Shown: positions 23,301 through 36,733 of the stretch, piece by piece
Numbering within the stretch: position 1 is the first letter of the stretch
How the letters are laid out: each line of letters starts with the position of its first letter
NCBI GenBank assembly: GCA_001179505.1
Contig: CDMY01000319.1
Span: 59,143 to 123,142, forward strand
Direction: 5' to 3'
Length of the DNA stretch: 64,000 nt
DNA from: Vitrella brassicaformis CCMP3155
Taxonomy: Eukaryota > Protista > Chromerida
The notes under the pieces: generated by a model
What the model was told of the DNA's origin: nothing
Database searches by the model: none
Seen by the model: only the letters and a program-made list of their open reading frames with translations
Translations under genes and position numbers: made by a program

Positions 23301-26300
23301 GTCTCCAGACACAGACAGATCAGATGGGATGTGTCAGCAATTTCTGGCTGACGTGCGACACCGGCACCCCTGATGGTGGGGGCAGGTCCATCATGGTTAC
23401 CCCCCTCACCGAATGCGACTGCACCACACCACACCACACGACATATCAATGACAGAGGCGCGGCGCACACCACACAAAACAAGCACCCAACCAGAGTGAG
23501 TATCTGTCTGTTGTGTGTTCACTCACTGGGTACGCCACACGCCCGCCCACTGAGCCCAACTGACTGACTGACCGAGCTGGGCAGTTCCTGCTCATCCTCT
23601 TCCGCACCCTCCTCCTCAGCATGTGCATCTTCATGCTCCTCACGCTCCTCGTATATCGACGGCTCGGGCGGCGGATGGTAGATCTCCCTAGCTGCACACA
23701 ACAACAACACACGGTCAGCCCCCCAGACACACCTGCTACCCTGCCCTCCACTGCCGTGACGTTATCTAGGTGTCAGTTCAGTCACTTGGACGTACCAGGT
23801 GAGGAGAAGTCGCCCCTCGCCGTGGCAGGGCGCCGCCGATCCAACTCTGCGCACAAACAAAGAGACACAGAGAGATAGAGGCACAGACGGAGAGGTGAAC
23901 ACATGCACACACACGGACTCGTGTGCATGGACAGCCCACCGGTCCCTCCCTACCTCTGTCAGTGTCTTCAGCTGCCTCCGTGAGCTGCATGCTCCTCTGC
24001 CGCTCCACGCCACCATCACCGAGAGTCTCCCTCTCCACTTCGCCCTCGAGTGTGCCCATCTTGGTGTCCAGCACTATGGGCGGCGGCACTGGCAGCGGAA
24101 CCGGCTCGCGACGACGGGCTGCACTCAGCCATCCACCAGTTTATGCGTCAGAGCAGTTATTGACGAGTAGATGTCATGTCAGTGTGGATGGGGAGAGATG
24201 GGGAGAGCCAGAGGGGTGTGGGGGGGGGTGTACCTGTGAGCAGCGGTGTGTCGCGGATTCTCCTCTCCGTCAGCAGGGGGGACACCCTCTCCTCAGTCGT
24301 GATGCTCCGCACGTCACGCGCGCTCTACACGCACGCATCAAGCCATCCACTCAGCCATACCTACCAGGCTTCTGTGTCTCTGTGTGTGTGTCCGGCTGAC
24401 CTCGCGGCCCTCGCGCTGAGTGAGAAAGCCCCGAGTGCGCCGCTGCGGCAGGGGCGCATACGTGGGCAGCTGACACAAGTACACGGACACACTCGTCCAC
24501 AGAGACGTATCCATCCCAAAGGTACCTACCTGGTATGAAGGGCTTGCCGACAGGAGTCTTGGTGGCGGCGAGCGGAACCGGTCGGCATACATCGGAGGAG
24601 GGAAGGGGGACGGTGGGGGCCGCGTGTGCGACACCTGCTGCGCCACTGTGATGGGCGGCACTGCCTGCTCCTCACTCTCGTACTCGTCATACGCCGGCGG
24701 CTGGTACACTGGAGCTGCTCAAATGGATCAAGACGACACACACGTAAGTAAGTGAATGGGTATGTGTGTGCGTGTGTGTGCGTACGTGCGTCTCTCTGCG
24801 ACTGCACAGCACTGGCGGCAGCGATGCCGATGGAGGCATACGACGACAACAGGTCGCGCAGCGACGGCAAAGCTGGCACCTGTGCAGCAGCCGCAGCAGC
24901 CTGCTGACAACCACCACGAACACACACACACACACACACTCACATAGATGGTCTGGTCTGGTCTGGCACCCACAGTAAATACTCTCATACACACACACAC
25001 ACACACACACGCGCGCGCGAACCTGTGCGGCAACTGCGGGCTGTTGATGTTGCTGCTGCACGTTGGTAGAGGTGAGGCTGTGGACAATGTCGAGCGCACT
25101 CATGGGCGAGACGCCAGACGCCAACAGACGGTTGAACGCAACCAAACGCTGGTCACCTGCACAGAACACAAGTACGTACACAGACAGACAGGGACATATG
25201 TGGCCGTCTAGACCTCTCCCCTCCCTCTTTGCCCATCACTCACCGGCACCACTGCTGTCATCTGATTTGGCCATCTGCGCCGCGCTGATGGACGGCATGC
25301 TCGGCTCAGTCGCAATCATGGGCACAGCTACGGACACCAACGAGGGGGGCACAACGCCACCAGCATCACCAGCACCACCAGCAACACCAGCAGCGGGCTT
25401 GTGCTCCTGCGTCAACCCACGCACACACGTACAGGCTGCTGGTTCCGTCTGTCTGTATGTATGTGGCTGGAACAGACCTGTTTGCGAGCGGCCGATGGCT
25501 GTCTTTTGGGCGGTGCGATGGACTGCTTGGGGGGCTCCAGTGGGGGTGGCGGTGGGGCCGCCTGCTCCTGCAGACAAACAAACCATGCGTGTCTTCCTTC
25601 CTTGCTTCCTGTGCGCGTGTATAGGTGTGTATCTGGTGGTCTGGGGGTTGACCTAACACACCACAGGTACCTGTGGTGTGATCGGTTGTGTGTGGGGAGG
25701 TGGAGGCTCTTCTCCTAGCTGCCGGTGCGGCTCTTCTTCCTCTTGTGTCTGAGGGAACGCCTCGCCCTCCTGTTGTTGCTCTTGCTCTTCCTCTTCCTCC
25801 CTCTCCTCCTCGGTGTGGCCCACCGGCACAATCACTGCGTCCATGAGCCACGAGCATTTATCCGACATTATATATACACCCATCATGTATGTCTCTCTGT
25901 GGATGTGGATGTGTGTCTGTGTCTGTGTGTGACCTTCTTCCTCTTCTTCTTCTTCATATGGTTCCTCCTCCTGTTCCTCCAGCCCCTCCTCGCCGTATTC
26001 CTCCTCGCCATAGTCGCCGTACTCGTACTCGCCCTCTATGAACTCGCCCTCGCCCTCTCCCTCCGCAGCCTCCTCGCCCTCTTGCTCTGGAAGAATGGGC
26101 AGGCAGAACGGGGAAGGCAGAGAGACATGGCATAAGTCGACGTGCATATGGACAGTGTGGGCGTCTGCGGGTCTTGTTGCGTACCTTCCTGCTCCTCCTC
26201 TTCCTCTTCTTCTTCCCATTCCTCCTCGCCGTAGTCGTCCTCACCGCCACCATCCTCATCATCATCATCTCCACCGTCACCTGACCACACATACGCAGAT

Positions 26301-27165
26301 GGACGGACACATCTGGATGGATGGATGGACGGCTATGTGCGTACCGTCATCGTCCGCATTGCCATCGCCCTCATGGCCCCCCTCTTGGCCGCCGTTATCC
26401 TCACCCTCGTAATACTCATCTGACCAATGCATTCATTCAGGATGCGATGCACCCATATGTGTCGAATGCGTATCTCGATCGACGGTGTGTCTCCTCACCT
26501 TCTTCCCCCTCGTAATCGTCCTCGTCGGCCTCGCCCTCCGCCGCGCCTTCATCCCCCTCCCCATTGCCATCGCCCCCGTTGCCCCGACCGCTCTCATCCA
26601 CTCGGGCAGCCGCCAAAACAGCACTTCCACCACCAACAGCACCACCAGCGGTGGCATGCGATCGCACTGAAACATCATCGCCACCACTACCTCCTCTCTG
26701 GCTCTGACTTTGAATGTGCCGATGTTCCTCCTCCCACATGCCCCGCCAGCTGATCTTCCTCTCCTGTTCACGAGGCAGCTGACTCCGCCCGATCTCACCG
26801 GCACTCCGAGCGTGGTCGATCTCGCGGGCCCCGATGGGAGGCCGCTGCGAGGACAGGGGGAAGGGCACGGGGGTGGGCAGAGGCGGCGGCTTGGCCGTGA
26901 CAGCTGTGGTGATGTGTGTGTGGTAGAGAGGGAACGGGGGCAGCGGGCGGCAGACAACCTGGTGATGTTGGTTGTTGCCCATGATGGCGGCCGGCCTGGG
27001 CGAGAGGGGGCCGAGAGGGGAAAGGAACGCGCCGCTGTGCTGCTGCACTGACACTGGCTGTCCATGCGCCTGAGGGAAGGTCGACTGCTTGGCGTACACC
27101 GGCCGCTCAGTGGACCGCACTCTGTGTCGGGCGCTGCCGCTGCCGCTGTAGTCGGCGGTCCTCAT
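20394..27165 (-). CDS. Large low-complexity multi-exon protein with a C2HC zinc finger (may be more than one gene)
   Basis: A series of minus-strand GT-AG exons encodes Pro-, Glu-, Gln- and Ala-rich segments. The spliced motif CPYCKRQFAPQVIA|AHEELCA (C-x2-C-x12-H-x3-C) lies at ~21280-21445. Both termini are approximate. Confidence 0.5.
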
Positions 27166-27845
27166 GTGTAGGGGCGACCCTCGGCTGTGTATATGTGGCC
27201 GTGGAGGTGCCGGGTGATGCGATAGGTACGGCGCAGAGGGGAACACATGGGCAATGGGCAGCGGCGGGCGACTGAACGGACGCAACGCAACACATACAGA
27301 AAAGAGGACAAAACATGGACAGATTTTACCAAACGTAGGTGGAGGATCCTTCTTGTCACCTGTGTGTGGCCTCCTTCTCCCCCTGTTGAGCACTGCTGCC
27401 CCTCCTATGGACATTCAGCGCCAGGGCTCCTGCAGGCGGCAATGTGGGCGGCTGCCATACAGTTTTGGGCCGATGATCTCTGGCCTGATACATCGGGGCC
27501 TCAACCTAGGATGCTGATGGTGCACAAACTCGACTAACTGGCGTCGTTCCCTTCGCGAGCTTGGCAGCGATCGGCCTACGCAGCTTATGTGTTAGAGCGG
27601 CAATTGGCGACAATTCCCATGCATGTAACACAAGATATCTGTCAAAGGACCGTTCCGGCTCCTCTCCACGCCGTTCCTACTACGATGCGGCGCGCACTAC
27701 ACGACTACAAAACCCCCACACACGACACACACACACACACACACACAAGGCAGGCAGACAGGCACACTAGCCCGGCCCCCCTTGACACGCTGATGACCCG
27801 CCCACCACCCGCCCACCCTCATGCGCATCTATCTGTTCGTCGTGT

Positions 27846-30472
27846 CTATGATGATTTGTAGTCAGCTTGTATCAGCTTGGCAATGGTCTCCAGCTGAATG
27901 TTCGACGTGCCCTCGTAAATGGAACCGATCTTCGAATCTGCGCGTACGCATCCCATCCACACACACAACGAGTGAGCCAAGGAGGCGGCTGTTGGGCTGG
28001 CTGTGCTGTCCTGTGCCAGTGTCGTGTCAGTCACCTCTGAAGAACTTCTCCACTGCGTAGTCCTTGGTGAAGCCGTACCCACCTGCACACGCCGCACGCC
28101 CCGCCAATTTGCCCTTATGCGTGTGTCTTTTGCCCTCTGTGTGCATGACATGACATGACGTGCCTGCCTACCGAGCCATTCGATGCACTGCGATGCTATC
28201 CTCTCAGCCACCTACACAAACACACGCCGGCACACGAGAGGTGAGACCTCTTGTCTTGTCTGCTCCTGCTGTTTGTGTGGGGCCTGTATGTCTGGCTGAC
28301 CCTTCCAGCGTAAAGTTTGGCCATGGCCGCCTCGGCGGTGAAGGGCATGTTGGCCTCCTTCAGCGCCGCAGCGTTGTACACCAACAGACGGGCTGCCTCT
28401 AGCTCCATACGAGCCTAACACACACACACATTCACGGAACGAGAGAGCAGGGGTAAGTGTGTGTTGTCTGCCTGCTCCCCCTCCACTCACTTCAGCGTAT
28501 TGGAACTTCATGCCCTGGAAGTCTGCGATTCGCGATCCGAACTGCTTCCTGTCGTGAATGTACGGCAGCGCCACGTCGTAGGCGCCCTGCGCCAAACCAA
28601 CCATCTGAGCCGCTATACCTGATCGAGCAGATCAACATGCAGACGGGCAGACGATTGATTGACATAAGACAGATAGATAGATCGGCACATCCATCTCTGT
28701 GTTCGTGGATGTCGGTGTCGGTTTCTCCACCTACATACCAATCCTTCCTTCGTTGAGGCTCTCGATGGCCACTTTGTAGCCCTCGCCCACGTTGCCCAGC
28801 ACCTTCCCGCGAGGCACCTGCGCAGAGACACAGCCAAGTTATGTCTGTCACTTCCGTGTCTATCTGGTGGGGTGTGCGTGTGAGGGTCTTTGAGGGTCTT
28901 ACAAAGACGTCGTTGAGTATGACTTCGCAAGTTGACGACGCCCGAATGCCGAGCTTGTCATACTTCTGGCCTACACGCATCCACACACCACACCACGTTA
29001 AGTGGTCCGGCTTCCCGGGTGTCTGAGCCTGGGCTCACCGATCTCGAGGCCTGGTGTGCCCGCATCGACGAGGAAGGCAGTGATGCCGCGGTGCCTCTGA
29101 CACACATAAAATCAATATGTACCGAATGCGCGCGTGTGTGCGTGTGTGTGTGTGTGTGCTCACTTTGGCGGGGTCGACAGTGGCAAACACGATGAAGAGG
29201 CCGGCCTCCTTCGAGTTGGATATCCACTGCTTCACACCTGCAGACCCACACGGCACGGCATGAGTGTAATGCGATCCAGCCGCCCCCTCGGGTCAGCTCT
29301 TATGTGCCCGTCCATCCATCATGCTCACCCACCCGCACCCCACCTGTGATTCTGTATCCGTTGTCGACCTCCCTCGCCCTGGCCTGCAGCGCGAAGGCGT
29401 CTGACCCAGAGCCGGCCTCCGACAGGCAGAACGAACCAACAGTGTCTGCAGTGCTCATTCACAGAACAGTGAGTGATTATGCCGTTAGTTAGTGCATTCG
29501 TTGATTCATTCATTGCATTCTCAGTCACTGGTCGCGAGTTTTGGAAGGTACTCCTTCTTCTGCTCGTCAGTGCCGAAGACGTACAGACACCGATTGATCA
29601 AAGTGTTCTGCAGTCAGTGTGGTATACCAGACAGACACCAGACACACACACACACACACACACACACACGACGAATCACATCACACATCGATCACATCAC
29701 TTTCCTCTCGTCACTGATTGCGGCAGCCAGCCAGCCTCCGTACGCACGTGAATGTCGACCATGACGGCCACAGCAGGGTCGACCCTGGCGATTTCCTCGA
29801 CCACCAGGCACGCCTCGACGAACCCCATCGCACTCCCATCGTACTCGGCCGGGATCTCCACACCCATCAGACCTGTTCAAATCAAACAAACGACAGACAC
29901 GTGCCAATGCATTGATAGCTATGTGTGAAGGGGTGTGCTGTGCTGTTGCTGAGTGAGTGAATCACTGCTTAGTGGTTGCCTGCCTTGTTCAAAGAGGGCG
30001 GGCACGATGGATGGGTCGAAGGCACTCTGCTCGTCCATCTTGTGAACCAACGGACCGATTTGCTGCAGACAGAGGCAGGCAGAATCAGAGAGAGGGTCAG
30101 TCACAAGACGTTTGAACACAGTCCTTTCCTTGACCATCAATTGCAATGCATTTCTGTGATGCTGTCTGTGCATTCATCGTGTCTGTCGGATTGCACCCAC
30201 CTCCACTGCAAACTTCCTCACAGTCTCCTGAAGCATCCTCTGATCTGCAGACAAGCAGGCAGGCCCAAAACGTTTACCACACCAAAGTAGATCGATCTGC
30301 CGCAACTTCATCACAGAAAGCCGGCTGTGTGTGTGCGTATGTGTGGACCTTCTGAGAACACCGTCAGCGGCTGCCTTGACGAGAAACACCGAGCCGCCTG
30401 CCTCGCGCATGGCACAGCCATACTGCACAGAGGAGGAGATGCTGCCCATGGCAAGCGTCGCAATGCCATCAT
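27846..30472 (-). CDS. ACADSB: Mitochondrial short/branched-chain acyl-CoA dehydrogenase
   Basis: Arg/Ser-rich presequence [40 protein letters not shown] motifs [76 protein letters not shown] and [18 protein letters not shown]. Confidence 0.9.
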
Positions 30473-30626
30473 CGTTGCTATGAATCCATAACCGCAACAC
30501 CAAACGCCCCAAACGCCACTGTCTTGTCAGCTCGCACTGAGCTCGCAACAGAGAGAGAAAAAAGAGGAAGGAAGAGGAGAAGAGGAGAAGCAGGCGGCGC
30601 AAGGGACAGTAGCAGCGGTCGTCGTC

Positions 30627-31036
30627 ATGACGCGCGGCAATCAAGTAGCACCCAGAAGGCTCTGGCGAAAAAGTTGTATGACGTCCGTCAAATCGTGTGT
30701 CCCTCGTTCCTTCTGTGGCTTGGTGCAGCGTGACAAGGACCGTCAGCGAGCGGCGGCACGGGCCAAGCAAGCTCCCAAGGGTAGGTACACACACACGAAT
30801 GTCATATGCCGTCGTCGTGTGTTCACGGCTGTTGCAACCGGGATGCGATGCGATGCGGTTCAGGTGCGTGTTCTCAGCTTGACGCCAACAAGAAGGCGCT
30901 GACGATAGTGTGCAGCATCTGCAAGCAGCAGTTCATGGGGACGAGCAGTGCGTCCATCCTGAACCAGCACGCCGAGTCCAAGCACCCCAAGAGCTCCGTG
31001 ACCGACTGCTTCCCCCACCTCGGAGGCGGCAGCTGA
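30627..31036 (+). CDS. Small SERF/4F5-type N-terminus plus C2H2 zinc finger protein (ZNF706-like)
   Basis: Three exons give MTRGNQ|RDKDRQRAAARAKQAPK|GACSQLDANKKALTIVCSICKQQFMGTSSASILNQHAESKHPKSSVTDCFPHLGGGS*. The MTRGNQR start and C-x2-C...H-x4-H finger are typical of this family. Confidence 0.85.
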
Positions 31037-31959
31037 CACACACCAACCAGCGACTGACACCACACCAGCTAAGGGCAGAGGGCGGCACGCAGTCTGACGA
31101 GTGATGGGGGAGACAGACAACGATTGGTGCGGGCAGGTTTAATTCAGAAGGCGTGTGTGTCTTGTGACTCCCTGTCCGTGGTGCATGCCCGACTGACTGA
31201 CACAGTGCCTTAGCAAGCGATGGTATTTTTCTTGTGTGTTCGATGGCTGATATCCTTTTGGAGGGACCGGGTGATTCGATGCAGATGGGGTGGGGTGCTT
31301 CGATGCAGATGGGGTGAAGGCGTGTGCGTTCTTCATCCTCGCCATGCTACCTGATCAGAGACCCCCTGGTTCGGCGGTCTCTCATAGGGGAGCATGGCGG
31401 GGATGGAAGAGGGCACACTTCCCCTCTTGTGAAGTTTCCCGACAGACAGGCAGACGGGTGGGTTTATTCACTGCTGGTTTGTGCCTCCCTCGCTGCCTTA
31501 CCTGCCTGCCTGCCTGGTGGATTGATGCTATTTGCTCGTGTGTGTGAGTGTGTGTGTGTGTGTGTGTGTGTACAGTCAAGACCCCAGTGAGTGAACACCA
31601 TACCAACCAATATTGGTATCCCTCCATCCATCGTTCTTGTACTTGCATAATGCCGTGACTGTCATTCGATTCGTCCGTCCGTCCGTCGGTGCGTCATAGC
31701 CATGAGGCTCTCCATCAATCCAATCCGCCCAACACGCAGTCACCCAACCAGCCCACCACCCCCCCACCCACCCACCCACCACCCCAGAACCGCCCACACG
31801 CGCATCCACGGTGGCCTGACGCGCGCGTGACGCCCCTTGCGGCCTGTCTGTCTGCCTGCCGGCCTGCCTACACTGCTGAAAAAGTCACACGCACACGAAC
31901 GAACGCAGTTTTGATTGCCCCGTCCGTCCATTCCATGGGGGCGGGGCCTCTGAAAATCA

Positions 31960-34373
31960 TCATCTCATCGGTATGGGCAGGCGGGTGAGGATGTTGTCGA
32001 CGACCTTCTCGATGCGGCCCACGGAGCTAGACTCGGGCGCCATCTGACATGACACACCCATCCAACACACAAGCGCAAGGATGAGGATGGATACAGACTT
32101 ACTTGCCAGGGTGGTTGTCGGTGGCGTGTTTGTGTGGGTCAGCTGACTGTCTGTCTGTCAGTCTGCGTGTCAGCGGGTGTGTGTGTATGTTTGTATTGGT
32201 CTCACCTTTCTGAGTGACTTGCCGAGCTCGCCGGCGAGCATGACCTGCTGGTCCAGCGGGATGGAGCCGGCATACGGCACCGACATCTTCTCACACATGA
32301 TCTGTGTGATTGACGACAGACAGACACACCGACACCCATGGCGTGTGTGCAAGTGTGTGTGTTGTAGGTGTGTCTTGAGTGACCTTTGGTCCGCCGAGTG
32401 GTGATTGGAATATCGAGTCGGCCATGTTCTCGACCACCCCCAGGATGGGCACACCAACCTTCTTGCTGCACACAGCACACATCACAACACGACACACAAC
32501 CAGACACACATGACTAACATACGTGCGGAGCGGTGCGCCACACACACACGTGTGTGTGTCCACTGCACTGCACAGGTGGGCATCGATCGCATATGGCCAT
32601 GAGTACCAGAAGTTGATCTCCTTCCTCACGTCGGCCATGGCCACCTCCTGGGGCGTCGTGACGATCACAGCACCGTCAACCTGACACACGACACACATGC
32701 ACCGCACCCGCCATCATGGTGGTTCGTGCGTCAGGGAGGGAGGGAGGCAGGGAGGGAGACTGCCCACGTGTTGGATTACCTGTGCCTCCTTGAGGTAGGT
32801 GACGATGGACAGGTGCTCGTCGGAGGTGCCCGGTGGCGTGTCGACGATGAGGAAGTCCAGGTCGCCCCAGGCCACGTCCGTCAGGAACTGCTTGATCAGC
32901 CCGTTCTTGCGTGGACCTCGCCATATCACTGCGTCGTCCTGGTTGGGCAGTAAGAACCCTGCACACCACACGGTGTCACACATGGACCGAGAGAGAAACG
33001 TGATGATTGCAATCCAATCTGTCAGCTTGGGTGTGTGGGTGTGTTACCGATAGACATGACGGCGAGGTTCTCATCGACATAGACCGGCGACCAGCCAGCT
33101 GCGGACGAGTGCACCTCTTGCCCACTCAAACCTGCACACACCCATCAGCCACATCAGGCGGGCACACATCACATATCACATGGTCGGGTCGGTGAGTGTC
33201 ATGTCCATGCATGGACCCACCCAGCAGCCGTGGTATTGACGGCCCGCAGATGTCGATGTCGAGGAGGCCCACCTCGTGAGACCGACCCGCCAGAGCATAT
33301 GCTGCACACCACACCACACCACGCACGGCACACAGATGATTCATTCATTCACGAGCTGAGCTGAACAGGACTGCTCTGTTGCTCCGAGTGAGGGTACATG
33401 TGTACCTAGCTGTGCCGACACAGTCGACTTGCCTACACCCCCCTTGCCCGACAGTACCAAGATCTGTCGTGAGTGAATGACGGATACACAAGAATGATTG
33501 TCGCGTGCGTGCTGTAGGCCCGTCCGTTTGTCCGTTTGTGTGTCCGCACCTCACCCACCTTGTGTTTGACGCTTTTAAGTTTGTCATGCACCTCGCTGAT
33601 GGCTGGGTCGGGCTTGCGAGCCTGATACACACACGTGCACATACACCCATGCATATGGAAGGAAGCAGCAGTGACGATCCGATCACTCCCCGTTCATCGG
33701 GTAACTCGTTCGTTCGTTCGTTCGTTCTTGCCGTCTGTCTGTCTGTCTGTCTATTACCTACCTCTCCCGATGCGCAGACAGCCTGGTTCGGACACCCCGC
33801 ACACGCAGCCGACTTGCCTGAATGGAGCGGACCAACCAACCAACCGCCACACCAAGTCAGTCAGCCGGTTGGTTCTCTCCCTCTCTGGGACTTACGTACC
33901 GGCACTGTCACTGGCTGTGCCAGGACAGTTCTCGTTGGCGTTGTCGGGGACGTCGCCCTCCTGCCCGTTGGCGGCGTGGCCGCCGCTCTCATGGGTCGTG
34001 TCGGAACTCACCTCGGGCGGCTGCGTGTCCCCTGCCGCCGGAATGGGGGATGCAGCCGCCATCTCCTCCCCTTCGGCCGACGCTGAGGGAGGGACCGATC
34101 AAGCAACACACCCATGACACGACACGTGTATGTGCGTCGTTCCTGCCTGTGAGTTTGGTACCTACCTTTGTCTGTTGGCTCTTTGTCTGTCAGCTCTCCT
34201 GTGTCACTCAAGAGGACGCTCTCGCCCTCCTGCTGCTGCAGCTGTTGCTTCTGGGTGTGTTCCTCCCGCTGCGGCCTGGTCGGCAGCAGATGCCTCGTCG
34301 CAATGTACGTCGATGCAGCGCCCACCGCCGCACCGCACACGAATGCGGCCACGGCCGTCTTGGTGGCCTCCAT
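31960..34373 (-). CDS. NBP35: Cytosolic Fe-S cluster assembly scaffold NBP35/NUBP1 with an N-terminal hydrophobic extension
   Basis: Spliced C-x13-C-x2-C-x5-C motif ([25 protein letters not shown]), deviant Walker [61 protein letters not shown] and GVVENM. Confidence 0.93.
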
Positions 34374-34743
34374 CAGTCAGTCACAACGCGGCTCGCTCAA
34401 GCAAGAGCAGATGAACAAGGTGAACTCAGTCCTTCCACCTGGAAAAGCTTTCCTGCTAGTCACGCGCCCTTCTCGTCTCTCATCATTTCCCTCCAGCTTT
34501 TGCGAGCTTCGAGCTGTGGGAGGAGGGACGTCTTCTCCTGTTTTTCTGATTGTCTGACCTGGGCATAGGCTTCTTCCATCCCCTTTCACTGCAGCTGTTT
34601 TGGGTGGCGAGAAGCGTGCGTCGTCAGACGCAGTCGGCGCGTACCTTGCGAGCGCTCCCGTCGCTACAGCGTCCCACGGCCGGGAGAGACACTCTGTGGC
34701 GGACTACCAGCACAGCTTCGCCGTCGCCGAGGCCAGGGCGAGC

Positions 34744-36701
34744 ATGTCGCAGCCGCCTGGCAACAGAGGGAGAGGCGGACCTGCCGCTGGGAACGGACCA
34801 GGTGAGTCAGGGGGATGGGACAACAGCACGGTCTGCATCACAGAGCAGCTGGTGCATGTCAGTCAGCCGTGCATGTCTGGATATATGGATGATGATATGA
34901 TGCAAGGAAGGCTGTCTCGTCAGTCACAGACTGTCTGTGCCTCATTCCTCTGCCTCTCTCTGTGTGGCTTGGTGTGAGTCGATGCCTGCAGGAAGGGGAG
35001 GTACGTGGAATGGGCCGCCGAGAGGGCCGCTGTCCCGCCTGCAGACTCCTGCGGCACCGGTGCCGGTCAACCTTCCCAGCATGGCCGCACAGGGAGGCGC
35101 CGTGACCACCACACCCTTCAACGCGGCACTGGGCACCGCCAACGCCGCTAACACCCTCGAGAAGCCCGGATGGGGCAAGCTCTCCCCTCCCACCCGCAAC
35201 TCCTCGCCCACTCCGGAGCTGCCCGGCCGGCTCACGGACCTGCTGCTGCCCAAAGGAGAGGGCAAGGAGGGCGAGCAGCGGCGCAGCGAGCCATCCGAGA
35301 GCAGGGAGGGCGGTAGCGGCTCATCCGTGTGGGCCGTCGGCGGGTTGGACCGGCCATCCAGCTCATTGTCACCACGTGAGCGCGACAAGGACCGGGGCGA
35401 CGCTGCCAAGAAGATGCAGCTGCGGCCAGGGGGCAACGCGTTCAGAGCGTGGGGCTCATCAGCATCGGCGGCCGCAGCAGACTCCAGCGGCAGGTCTGAC
35501 GCGGCGCAGGCGGTCAACCTCCGCCCGGTGGATTTCCCCTCCCTCTCTAACTCGTCGCAGGCGGGCAGCTCCAACGGCACGCCGCAGAAGTCAGCCGACA
35601 AACACCGGGGAGACTCCGATCCCGAGACGGAAAGAGTGGTCACGCCAGTCAAGAACGGCCGAGATGAGGAGGACAACGCGGGTGGACCGGGGCGGGGGAG
35701 TGATGATCGGAGCAAGAGGCATCATGTGGACGGTGATGGTGCCGATGGTGGGGAGGGCGACTCGCCCCAGCCACCACCACCACCACCACCACCCCCCGAC
35801 GCGAGTGCGGCTGAGGTCGAGAGGAAGGAGAAGCCGCGTGTGGCGTGGGCTGACGTTGAGGATGACGAGGAGAGCGCCGCCATTTTTGAGCCGCCGCCCA
35901 GGCCATCCACCAAGGCACCCGAGAAGATCACTGAAGAACTCGTCGCTGACGCATGGTGAGCACAGTGAGTGAGATTGTAAATCCTTCACCACACGCCATG
36001 ACCATTTCTGTGCTTGTGTGTGCCCGCCCTGTCAGGTCTGTGGTTCGGGAGAGCAAGCCACCGCCCACCTGCAGCAGCCATCCATCCCGTCCTCTGCCCT
36101 CCACCTCTCTCGGCCTGTCCTTGCTGCCACCCTCTTCATCGATTGGCCAGAAGTGGGGCCGACACGCACAGCAGAACGCGGCCAACAGCAGCAGCAGCAG
36201 CGGTGCCGGACGCCCCGCTGACAGAGAGAGGGACCGGGGAGAGAGGGACAGCTACTGGGGCTCGGGAGACCGTGACAGAGAACGCGATCGTGACCGTGAG
36301 GCGTCAGCGCCGCACCACGACCCCTCTCCCCATTCATTCCCGCCCCTCGACCAGGCCATGGCCGGTGGCAACCACCCCCACCGCACCTTCTCCTCCCAGC
36401 AGCAGCAGCAGCAGCAATACCAGCAACAACACCCACACGCACACCAACACAACAACATGCAGGCGCCGCTGCTGCACCGGCCCCCTCTGATGGAGAACCC
36501 CCCCTTCCACCAGTACGGCCATCACCCGCAGCCTTTCTCGGGCGGCAAGGGGCTGATGCCCTCGCCGCCCCCTCACAGCCACCATCCCATGGGTCAGATG
36601 TACGGACCTGACGACGCGGCCGACGGCCCGTTCGCGGGCTTCCGCAGCTCACATCGGGGCTGGCGGGGGCTCATGCCGTCTCCACCAGCACATCCTCACC
36701 C

Positions 36702-36733
<32 letters not shown>

